DNA from: Candidatus Krumholzibacteriota bacterium
GTDB lineage: Bacteria > Krumholzibacteriota > Krumholzibacteriia > JAJRXK01
Assembly: GCA_024276305.1 (NCBI GenBank)
Contig: JAJRXK010000108.1
Location: forward strand, 8,172-72,171
DNA: 64,000 nt
Direction of reading: 5' to 3'
A program made the position numbers and the translations under genes. Below the pieces are notes generated by a model. It worked only from the letters and a program-made list of their open reading frames with translations, did no database searches and had not been told where the DNA came from. Below are positions 1 through 8,595 of this stretch, piece after piece. Every line of letters begins with the position of its first letter. The first letter of the stretch is position 1.

Positions 1-1461
1 CAACCAGTTGTTCGTCTGGCGCACGTCCTCGGCATCCATGTCTTCGCGCAGGACCACCAAGAGATCGAAGTGTCGCGCGGCCCTCGTGTTGACGCTCACT
101 CTCAGCAGCCGAAAGTTTCCTCGGGCCTGGACCCGCGAAATCCACAGACCCGCCGCCGCGATGTGTTGGACCCGGAATTCCTCTTCCTCGTGGGCGAGGA
201 TGACGGCCTGTTCGAGAAAGGAGGTCTCGCACACCAGGACTCGCATTCGCTCGCGGGTCGGGAGATCCACGTCGTCGTCGAAACGTGCGATGCGCTGCCA
301 CTGTTCGGCTTCGAGGTCCACGTGCTGGCGGTCGAGTCTCTCTTCGAACCACAGGAAGTTGCGGGCCAATTGGGTCTGGGCGAAGGCCGCGAGTTCCTCG
401 TCCTCCCCCAGCAGGATCCAACTCGCCAGCTCCGCCCGGACCGACTTGTAGTAGATCTCCTGGTGACGGACGAAGTCGCCCAAGAGGGTCAGGATGTGCT
501 GAATCTGTTGCCTCACCACCGGCCGCGCCGGCCATTCGATGCGTCGGCGGTATTCGGAGAGTCGACGACGCAGGGCGGTCAACCGACGGGGACCCACCGA
601 GGCCCGGGCCAGGATCTGGATGCTCTCCTCGTTGAGAAAACTCAGACCCGAGTCGAGGAAGTGCCCGAAACCGGGGTCCTCTTCGGCGGCTCGGCGATCG
701 AGGAGGAGAATCCGGTAGGCGAGACAGCGGAGCTCTTCACTCGGGTGACGCGCCAGAGTGGCGAGTCGGCTCCGGAGGACGGAGGCCAGGCGCTCGTCCA
801 ATTCGGGCAGGTCCCGCCCCAATTCCTTCAATTCGGTGCGGCAGCGTTGGTCCTCCCCCAGAAGCGCCTCCGCCAGGCGGCGGTGGAAGCGGCGCAGCTC
901 GGGAGGGAGGCCCGAGCCCAGATCATCGACTCCCCGATCCCTCCGGGGGGCGTGGTCATCGGGCAGCAGCAGGATCGAATCCCAGGGGTCGGATCGGACG
1001 TCCCATCCCGCACGACAGGGGACCGCAGCGAAGAGCTGGGCGTTGCCCAGCCAGAGCCGAGGTTGCCGGGCCAGCACCCCGAGGTCGACGACCCATGCTC
1101 CCTCTTCGGGGGGTCTTCTGCAGGAGTAGACGAAGTCGCCGATCTGCACTGCCCGGTCGGAGGTCCGGGAGATCCGGAGAAAACGGGCGTGCCGCAGATC
1201 CTTCAGGCCGTCGGGGAGCGCCACCCAATCGCTCTCGAGCGAACCCAGATCGCGGAGGATCCACCGGGGCAGTCTCACTCGGATCCCGTCGATCTCGTGC
1301 TCGAGCTGGGGACTGCGGTAGAGCTCGGCGATGAGCTCGGCGAAGTGCTCCTGGATCACTTTTCGCCGGTAGGTCTGCTTCGGCGTCAGCTCCCCGAGCT
1401 GCGGATCGAAGTCCCGGCGGAGCAGTGCGAAGTCGATGACTCTCTCGAAGGGGGCGAGAGA
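1..1461 (-). pseudogene. In-frame continuation (487 codons, runs off window edge) of the AMP-binding gene beyond an internal TAA; end of the acyl-CoA synthetase domain plus a large uncharacterised region
   Basis: Manual translation after TAA(1462-1464) gives SLAPFERVIDFALLRRDFDPQLGELTPKQTYRRKVIQEHFAELIAELY, the usual C-terminal motif of long-chain acyl-CoA synthetases. The frame stays stop-free to base 1. Confidence 0.8.
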
Positions 1462-3210
1462 TTAGTTCGCCGCGGCGATGATGCGTTGGAAGTACTCTCG
1501 TTCTCGGTCAGGAGTGCCGAGCTGCGCCAGCACCGCGTCCTCCCGGTCGGGAACGATCAACAGCACATTCCACGAACGGTGGTCTCCGACGAGGAAGGCC
1601 CGTCGCACTCCGGCCGTCTCCTCCAGGATGCGCTCGATCTTTCGAGGGGCGATGGTCTGGCCTCGGTCGTTCTTGTAGATGTCCTTGATGCGATCGACGA
1701 TCTGGAGCTGCCCGTTCTCCAATTCGCGGAAGAGATCGCCGGTTCGGAGCCAGGTCTTGGGAGAAGCTTCGGGGCGGGGCAGACAGACCAATCCCTCGGC
1801 GTCGGGATCGAGGTAGTCGGCGACATAGGGCCCTCCGATGCTCATCTCTCCCTGGGCATCGAGGACGAGGTCGATCCCCGGCAAGGGCCTTCCCACGCTG
1901 TCGTCGACATAGTCGCCCGCCGGACTCATGGTGATTCCCCCCGTCGCCTCGGTCATGCCGAAGCCGCTGCAGAGCTCCACTCCATGGCGGTGGAAGAAGC
2001 GGAAGATGCGGGGGTCGAGGTAGCCCGCGGCGGAGAGTCCCCACCGCAGGCCCGAGCCCACGACCTGCCGCAACGCGGCCTCCTTCTCCTCTCCCGACGA
2101 GACCCGGTCCATGGCCTCGAGGCAGCGGTCCCGCATCTGTTTCCACCGCAGCGGAATGCCGATCAGGCCGGTGGGTTCGACTTCGGGGAGCGCACTCAGA
2201 AAGGTCTCGGCCGAAGTGTTGCCCACGAAGACATAACGTCCTCTCCAGTAGAGCATGGCCAGGAGTTCGAGGAAGCGACCGAAGGTGTGGTAGAGCGGAA
2301 GGTAGCAGAGCAGGATCTCGTCGCGTCCGACCGCCGGAAGCGCCGCGGCCCGACAGAAGCGCTTGGTCACGAGGTGGAGGTCGGTGAAGGCCACTCCCTT
2401 GGGGCGGCCAGTGCTTCCGGAGGTGAACATCACCGTGGAAATGGCCCGGGGATCGACTTCGCGGCGATCGGCCAGGAGCGATTCGACCTGTTGAGGAGAG
2501 AGGGCCGCGGCCAGATCGTCCAGACGTTCGACATCCCCGGTTCGGACCCAGGCACTGTCCTCGAGAGAGAGGATTCCGAAGGTCGACTTCCCCTTGCGCC
2601 GCAGATCGCAGAGCCTCTGCTGCCGTTCCTCGGTATCGGTGACCACGAGGTCGATGTCGAGGCGGCGGAGAATCCAGTGGAGGTGGTCGAGGGGGGTGTG
2701 CACGCTCAGCGGGGTGACGACGATGCCCTCGGTGAGGCATCCCAAGTCGCAGCAGGCGCCGGCCACGGAGTTGTCCAGGTAGAGAGCCACCCGGGGGCGG
2801 TCTGAGGGTCCCTCCTCGTGCCGACCACGAGCGATGAAGGTGGCGGCATAGCGGCGGGCCCGTTGACGCAGGGGTCCCACCCCCCAGCTGCGCCGGCCGG
2901 TCGCGGTCGCTTCCACCAGGTAGACCCTCTCGGGATCTTCCTCCGCTCGTCGCTCCAAGAGGGTGCCCAAGGTGTAGCGACTCCGCTCGATGAGGCGGAT
3001 GCAGAGCGGCGCCCACACCTCATCCCGCGATTCGCGGTCGAGAGCCCCGAGGAAGTCGGGATCGCTGGTGAGGTCGAGAAAATCGTGGGCCAGGTCGCGG
3101 GGAAGGGACGCGGGCTCGGCGCGAGAGAAGGCGCGCAGGAGGGACCGCGCGAGGTCGCGGTCGCGACTCTGCGACCACTCGCTCAGTCGGCGTCGAAGGG
3201 CATCGTCCAT
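1462..3210 (-). CDS. AMP-binding long-chain fatty acid-CoA ligase-like protein (N-terminal part, ends at a premature TAA)
   Basis: MFTSGSTGRPKG P-loop, GFGMTE, WLRTGDL and IVDRIKDIYK motifs. Confidence 0.88.
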   Translation of the reverse strand: MDDALRRRLSEWSQSRDRDLARSLLRAFSRAEPASLPRDLAHDFLDLTSDPDFLGALDRESRDEVWAPLCIRLIERSRYTLGTLLERRAEEDPERVYLVEATATGRRSWGVGPLRQRARRYAATFIARGRHEEGPSDRPRVALYLDNSVAGACCDLGCLTEGIVVTPLSVHTPLDHLHWILRRLDIDLVVTDTEERQQRLCDLRRKGKSTFGILSLEDSAWVRTGDVERLDDLAAALSPQQVESLLADRREVDPRAISTVMFTSGSTGRPKGVAFTDLHLVTKRFCRAAALPAVGRDEILLCYLPLYHTFGRFLELLAMLYWRGRYVFVGNTSAETFLSALPEVEPTGLIGIPLRWKQMRDRCLEAMDRVSSGEEKEAALRQVVGSGLRWGLSAAGYLDPRIFRFFHRHGVELCSGFGMTEATGGITMSPAGDYVDDSVGRPLPGIDLVLDAQGEMSIGGPYVADYLDPDAEGLVCLPRPEASPKTWLRTGDLFRELENGQLQIVDRIKDIYKNDRGQTIAPRKIERILEETAGVRRAFLVGDHRSWNVLLIVPDREDAVLAQLGTPDREREYFQRIIAAAN

Positions 3211-3363
3211 CGTGACCTTGGCATTCCTCGCGGTGGGATCCGCCCCGTACTCTGCGGCAAATCGCAGGCCGCGTACACGCCAAAACTTCCCTTGCCAAGG
3301 GTCGAGGGCGGGTGGGAGATTGCTTCTCGCACCCCGTCTTGGACCTCACCGGAAGGAATCGAC

Positions 3364-3711
3364 ATGCGCAGTCTCCACGCCGCGTTCTTCCTGTCCTTCG
3401 TCGCCTCGACCGTGGTGCAGTGGAACGATCCGGATTGGTTGCCATGGATGGCGATCTACGCGGTGGCCGCCTGGGAGAGCGGACATGCGGTCTTCGGACG
3501 ACAGGAGCGAGCCCGGGCCCTGGTGGTGGCCTTGGTCGCCCTCGCCTGGCTCACGAAGATCGGACCCGAAGCTCTGCACGGAGATTGGGTCTTCAACGAG
3601 GTGCAGCGCGAGAGCGGAGGCCTGCTCCTGGTCAGTCTCTCGATGATGGCGGTCTGGCACAGTCCGGTCGAGGTCTCGGATCGACTCGCGGATCAGTCCT
3701 CGAGAAACTGA
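3364..3711 (+). CDS. Transmembrane-220 family small membrane protein
   Basis: VQWNDPDW motif, hydrophobic helices, RESGGL near C-terminus; GAAGGA upstream of ATG 3364. Confidence 0.75.
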   Translation: MRSLHAAFFLSFVASTVVQWNDPDWLPWMAIYAVAAWESGHAVFGRQERARALVVALVALAWLTKIGPEALHGDWVFNEVQRESGGLLLVSLSMMAVWHSPVEVSDRLADQSSRN

Positions 3712-4388
3712 TCGAGGAGTTCCTCGAGGACTTCGTGGGACCGAGCAAAACGGTCTGGGCGAGCCAGGATCTCGGTGGGAGATTGGACGTAGGGGCCCTC
3801 TCCGTCGAGATCGTCGGGGCACATCTGGATCAACTGTTCCGCGCCTTCGGGAGTCATCTCCAAGTGGAATTGGATGCCCAGGACGCGGTCGCCCAGACGG
3901 AAGGCCTGGTGGGCACAGCCCCGGCTGCGGACGAGTCCGACCGCCTCTTCGGGGAGGGTGAAGGCCTCGCGGTGCCAATGGAAGACCTCTTCGCTGCGGA
4001 CCAGGATTCGGCCCAGAGTCTCCATGGCGTGACCTTCGGCGGCCTAGATGCCGAACCAGCCGATCTCGGCCTGTTCCGCGGGCCGAATCTCCGCTCCCAC
4101 GGCCTCCGCCAGAAGCTGGGCTCCGAGGCAGATGCCCAGGATGCGGGCCTGGGTTCGCAGGGCTTCGGTCAGGAACTCCTTTTCGGCGGCCAGCCAGGGG
4201 TGGTCCTCGAGGTCGTGGACGCTCATGGGCCCGCCCATCACCACCAGCAGATCGACCTCGTGGGGATCGGGAAAGACCGCGCTCTCCCAGCTCCGGGTGG
4301 CGGAGATCTGGGAGGCCCGGCCCGCGAGGAGGGGCCGGAGGTGACCCAGTCCTTCGAAGGGTGCGTGCTGGATCCAGTGAACGCGCAA
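3693..4388 (-). pseudogene. Type 1 glutamine amidotransferase (GMP synthase GATase-like) interrupted by in-frame TAG at 4044-4046
   Basis: 5' half has QHAPFEG, MGGPMSV, LGICLGAQL, EIGW; the same frame continues *AAEGHAMETL..VFHWH..QAF..GIQFHLE. Confidence 0.85.
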
Positions 4389-4566
4389 GCTTCTACCTCG
4401 GGCCCGAGAGTGCAGCGCCAGAATGCAACGGACCGGGGAGGGAAGTCCAGTCCGGAGAGGCCATCGGGGCCTTCCTTTCCTATCCTCTGGTCTGCAACCA
4501 TGGGGGTCCCCACATCCCTCTCCGGGAGGGGGATCCCGCAGTCCGGCTTCGCCCAGGAGGGTTCTG

Positions 4567-4767
4567 ATGCCACTCTATGACTATCACTGCCCCGACTGCG
4601 GTCATCGATTCGAAGAGTTTCGGCCGATGGCGGAACGCGACCACGCTCCCTGCCCGAAGTGCGGGAAAGAGGCGGACAAGCAGTTGTCCGGCTTCTTCAG
4701 TCCCCGTTCGACATCGTCCTCATCGACCCCCCCGCCCTGTGGCGGAGGTGGGCTCCCCGGGGGCTGA
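4567..4767 (+). CDS. FmdB-family zinc-ribbon protein (CxxC...CxxC, Ser-rich tail); may extend to 4776 if TGA is selenocysteine
   Basis: MPLYDYHCPDCGHRFE..CPKCG..STSSSS; AGGAGG RBS upstream of ATG 4567. Confidence 0.9.
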   Translation: MPLYDYHCPDCGHRFEEFRPMAERDHAPCPKCGKEADKQLSGFFSPRSTSSSSTPPPCGGGGLPGG

Positions 4768-4773
4768 GGCATC

Positions 4774-4803
4774 TGATCCCGCGCGCCCGGCGGGCGCGCA
4801 TCA
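4774..4803 (+). other. GC hairpin after the FmdB-type TGA: candidate bacterial SECIS or terminator-like stem
   Basis: GCGCGCCC-GGC-GGGCGCGC (4781-4799) with TGAT/ATCA lower pairing; no U-tract. Confidence 0.45.
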
Positions 4804-5427
4804 AGTCGAGAGGCGGGGATTGAGAGTGTAGGTGCCGACCCACTGGGCTTCGGCCAGAACGTGCCCCTCCATGGCGTCGCGGACCTCCACCCCGCCGAAT
4901 TCCCCTCGAAGGTCCAGGGTGGGCAGATCGAGGGCGTAGAGGCAGAAATGATAGTGGTGGAGGATCGAGTCGTTCCAAGGGGGACAGGGTCCGTCATAGC
5001 CCCCGTAGCTGCCGCTCATCTCTGGATCGTCGGCGAACCACTGGGTGTAGTTGTTGATGCCCTGCACCCCGAATTCGCAACTCCCGGGTTCTTTCCCCCG
5101 AGGGGTCACCCCGTCGCTGGCCGCCGCTTCGGCGATTCGGCTCCGCTGGGGCGAGATGTCCACGAGAACCCAGTGAAAGAAATCGATCCGAGGTAGGTCG
5201 GGCGGAATCTCCCTCCCCTCCTGATTCACGTCTTCGGCCGAACTCGGGACGTCACGGTCGTAGCAGAGCAGGACCAGTGACTTCGTGGCGGAGGGGAGAT
5301 CATCCCAGCGAATCTCCGGATTGCGATTGGCACTCCACTTCACGTGGCTCTCCGGGTCGGGGGCCCCGAAGGCGAAGCGGGGGTCCATGGCCTCACCATT
5401 GGCGAAGGCCGGAATCTCCATGCGCAT
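4801..5427 (-). CDS. YbhB/YbcL family PEBP (Raf kinase inhibitor-like) protein
   Basis: FFHWVLVD, GYDGPCPP, HHYHFCLYALD; AGGAGA RBS before ATG 5427. Confidence 0.92.
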   Translation of the reverse strand: MRMEIPAFANGEAMDPRFAFGAPDPESHVKWSANRNPEIRWDDLPSATKSLVLLCYDRDVPSSAEDVNQEGREIPPDLPRIDFFHWVLVDISPQRSRIAEAAASDGVTPRGKEPGSCEFGVQGINNYTQWFADDPEMSGSYGGYDGPCPPWNDSILHHYHFCLYALDLPTLDLRGEFGGVEVRDAMEGHVLAEAQWVGTYTLNPRLST

Positions 5428-5646
5428 CGTTTTCTCCTCTCTCGCAGAAGCCCGATCGGGGCGGCATTGCAGACTCCATGGTCGCCCATTGAACCCCGCC
5501 TGGGGCCATTCCACAAGGGCGACACTTCTCCCCGCCTCCATGGACTTCCAGCCGCCGATCCTGCTACACTGGGGAGTCTCGTCTCGCCAGCAGCGCGCCC
5601 TGCGCGTTTGCGCACTTTTTCTGCCTTCAACCTCTGGAAGTCCACC

Positions 5647-7419
5647 GTGCGCTCCCGATTCATCTCCGCATTGAGCATCGCTTCACTCCTGCTTCTCTCA
5701 CTGCCCGTGATGGCGGGCACCCTCGCTCCGATCCTTCCCGACGGGGACTTCGCCGAGTGGTCCACCGTTCCCACCCTGGGGGTCGACCCCGCCGGCGATG
5801 GTGGCACCGTGGATTTCGGCACGGTCTGGGCCGCCAACGACCAGGATTGGTTCTACCTCCGCTTCGAGGTCGGGGGAGAGATCCAGCCCGACGAAGGGCA
5901 GGATGTGGTCCTGTACCTCGACACCGATCTGAACAGTTCCACCGGACAGTCCATCCAGGGGATCGGGGCGGATCTGGTGTGGGAGTTGGGGCTCCGCAAT
6001 GGGACCTTCTACACTCCCTCGGCCAAATCCGTCGGTCACGCCGACGTGGGCCTTCGCATCTCTCCCACGGTGAGCAGTACCGAATTCGAGATGGCCTTCG
6101 ACCGCAATGCGCTTCCCGCTTCGGGGAAGAGTCTCTTCCCCGGGAACTCGGTGCGCGTGGTCCTCGAGGATCGAAACGGAGGGGATACCGCACCCGATAG
6201 CGGAAGCTATCTCTACGACTTTGCGGCCGGAACCCTCACTCCGGCCACCCTCCCCACCAGTCGGGCGGGCGCGAGCCACCTCCGTATGGTCACCTGGAAC
6301 ATCCAGAGCGACGGCCTCTTCAGCGGAGGATCGACCGAGGCGGCCCAGCAGCGCATGTCCCAGGTGATGGATCCCGACATCTTCCTCTTCGAAGAGGTCT
6401 GGAACCACAACGCCAATGATGTGGCTGCGCAGGTCGAAGTCCTTCTTCCCAGCGGAGCGGGTCAGACCTGGAATGCGATCAAGATCGACAGCGGCAATGT
6501 CATCTGCACTCGGCTGCCGATCCTCAACAGTTGGGAGATCTATCCTGCGCACCGCCTCACCGCCGCTCTCCTCGACGCCAGCAGTAGCCTGGGCCAGGAC
6601 GTGCTGGTGATCGCCAATCACTGGCGTTGTTGCACCGCCGATGCCGAACGTCAGAACGAAGCCGACGCCCTGGTGGCCTTCTTGCGCGACGCTCGGACGC
6701 CGGGCGGAGTCATCGACCTGGCCCCCAACACCCCGGTGATCATCGGGGGAGACTTCAATCTGGTGGGGTGGGCGGCCCAACTCACGACCGCCATCACCGG
6801 CAACATCGCCGACAATGGAACCTGGGGTCCGGACAGTCCTCCCGACTGGGATGGATCCACTCTGGACGTGGTGCCGGCCCGACATGTGGACGCACGGGAG
6901 TCCTATACCTGGCGGCGGGACAGCAGCTCCTTCTACGCCGGGCTCCTCGATTGGATGTTCTACACCGCGAGTGCCGTGGAATTGGGCAATCACTACGTTC
7001 TCGAGACGCGGACGATGAAGTCCAGCACCCTCGGTGCGCTGGGTTTGAATGCCGATGACACCATCGTCGCCAGCGACCATGCGCCCCGGGTCGCGGACTT
7101 CTTCATCGCCCAGAGCACCGGAGCCGATCCCACGCCTCGGGCCCCGCATCTGGGCTTGGAGATCTATCCGAATCCGGCCAATCCCCGGGCTCGCATCCGC
7201 TTCGAACTCGGACAGAGCTCGGAAGTGGAATTGAGCATCTACGATGCCGCGGGCCGCTTCGTACGGACTCTCCACCAGGGCGCCCTCGGAGTCGGGACTC
7301 ATGAATACGTGTGGGACGGCACCGATGCCGCCGGCCGTGAAGTCGCTTCCGGAGTCTACTTCGTCCAGGTGCGTGGAGATCGGGCCCATCAGACCAAGTC
7401 GCTGGCGCTGGTGCGCTGA
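5647..7419 (+). CDS. Secreted endonuclease/exonuclease/phosphatase-family protein with C-terminal FlgD-Ig-like domain
   Basis: Signal peptide; TWNI, GGDFN, LDWMF, SDHAP motifs; C-terminal YPNPANP..IYDAAGR..WDGTD..GVYF; GTG start inferred. Confidence 0.85.
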   Translation: MRSRFISALSIASLLLLSLPVMAGTLAPILPDGDFAEWSTVPTLGVDPAGDGGTVDFGTVWAANDQDWFYLRFEVGGEIQPDEGQDVVLYLDTDLNSSTGQSIQGIGADLVWELGLRNGTFYTPSAKSVGHADVGLRISPTVSSTEFEMAFDRNALPASGKSLFPGNSVRVVLEDRNGGDTAPDSGSYLYDFAAGTLTPATLPTSRAGASHLRMVTWNIQSDGLFSGGSTEAAQQRMSQVMDPDIFLFEEVWNHNANDVAAQVEVLLPSGAGQTWNAIKIDSGNVICTRLPILNSWEIYPAHRLTAALLDASSSLGQDVLVIANHWRCCTADAERQNEADALVAFLRDARTPGGVIDLAPNTPVIIGGDFNLVGWAAQLTTAITGNIADNGTWGPDSPPDWDGSTLDVVPARHVDARESYTWRRDSSSFYAGLLDWMFYTASAVELGNHYVLETRTMKSSTLGALGLNADDTIVASDHAPRVADFFIAQSTGADPTPRAPHLGLEIYPNPANPRARIRFELGQSSEVELSIYDAAGRFVRTLHQGALGVGTHEYVWDGTDAAGREVASGVYFVQVRGDRAHQTKSLALVR

Positions 7420-7475
7420 ACCGAAAAGCGGTGGCAGGGCGTCGTCGAGGACGAGCCCTGCACTCTGTCTGTCCA

Positions 7476-7513
7476 CAGAGAGAAGGGGCGCCCGAGGGCG
7501 CCCCTTCTCTCTG
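7476..7513. terminator. Bidirectional terminator-like hairpin between convergent genes
   Basis: Perfect 18-bp inverted repeat CAGAGAGAAGGGGCGCCC-GA-GGGCGCCCCTTCTCTCTG. Confidence 0.8.
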
Positions 7514-7560
7514 GTCTGCATCACGACCCGGCGGAGGGTCCGCCGTTGGTCGCGACAATT

Positions 7561-8259
7561 CTACTCGTCGTAGCTGGCCTTGACCGAAGTCCAGGAAGCA
7601 TCATCGACCGGAACGGTGATCAGATCGAAGTCCGTCGTGCGACGGGGCAGGATCTCACCGGTGCCATTGAAGCACTTGGTCGCACCCACGATGGCGACCA
7701 CGTCGCCGAGCATACCGTCGACCACGGCGGTATCGATGCCGGTGGTTCCGTCGACGAAGACGGTGACCGCACCGCTGCCGTCATCGATGCTGTAGATGCT
7801 GTTGAAGCCGGCGCTCACCAGGCTCAACACACCCTGAACATGCATGAAGTCGGCGAGCTGATCGGTCCCGGCCGCGAGTGCACCGGTGGTGATGTGATTC
7901 GCCACGGGCACGTTGCCACTGCTGTTGATGACGAAGGTGGTGCCATTGAGCTGAATCTCGCTGCCGAAGGCACCGACGGTTCCGGTCATCGTGATGTTGT
8001 CACCCTCGAAGATCACGCCCTGGGTGGCGGAATCGAAGAACGTGATGCCGCCATTGGGGCACTGCACATAGACTGCACCGCTGTTGTAGGTGCCGGCCTG
8101 CACGTAGACCGTACCGGTCAGGGTCACCAGGGTCCCGGCCAGCGGAGACGGCGCACAGCCGTTGGTTCCGATGCCGTGGATGTCGGCGGCGGTCTGCGCC
8201 ATGGCGCTTCCGGCGACGAAGACGAGGACGAGAGAGAGAAGCATGATCCTCTTGATCAT
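7561..8259 (-). CDS. Secreted protein with tandem OB-fold-like domains and short C-terminal SWxxVKxxY motif
   Basis: Signal peptide ending AMA; VTLTGTV..GDNITMTGTV, IDDGSG..VFVD..EILPR patterns; ends PVDDASWTSVKASYDE. Confidence 0.75.
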   Translation of the reverse strand: MIKRIMLLSLVLVFVAGSAMAQTAADIHGIGTNGCAPSPLAGTLVTLTGTVYVQAGTYNSGAVYVQCPNGGITFFDSATQGVIFEGDNITMTGTVGAFGSEIQLNGTTFVINSSGNVPVANHITTGALAAGTDQLADFMHVQGVLSLVSAGFNSIYSIDDGSGAVTVFVDGTTGIDTAVVDGMLGDVVAIVGATKCFNGTGEILPRRTTDFDLITVPVDDASWTSVKASYDE

Positions 8260-8595
8260 TGGGCCCTTCTTTCATGGAGTGAATCTGGTGTCGACATGCC
8301 CGCACCCGGGATGGACCCATCCGCCTCCGCCGAGGGGCAGCGCAGAGGGCCGTTACGAGGACCCGGGAGGGCCTTCACAGTCTCGATGGTAACAATTCGG
8401 CCACCTTTCTTCTACTGCCATTCCTCCGGACTGGATGAAGATCAGGCAGTACTTTCACCAAATGTACGATTTTGGAGCCTTGGCTTCGGCTCCCCTCTGC
8501 GCTGCGGAGTTGGTGGTTCGACGAAGGGAGCTCCCGCGAGTATTCTTGACCCCGTTCTCCACTTCCCTCCCCACCGTTCTCTGGAAAGGCCTTCC

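Noticed and set aside
70-2805. 911-aa plus-strand ORF and many other long overlapping ORFs (e.g. 14633-16738, 24085-26034, 43559-46606)
   Set aside because: They are antisense or off-frame shadows of recognisable genes, expected at high GC, and have no family motifs.
1462-4046. Genome-wide TAA/TAG reassignment as the explanation for the two internal stops
   Set aside because: Well-conserved genes here end at TAA (yjbQ) or TAG (ompA-like, MBOAT, OPT) exactly where their families end.
7546-8595. Apparent 350-aa N-terminal extension of the S9 peptidase
   Set aside because: It is antisense to the 7561-8259 gene; a clear signal peptide starts at ATG 8596.
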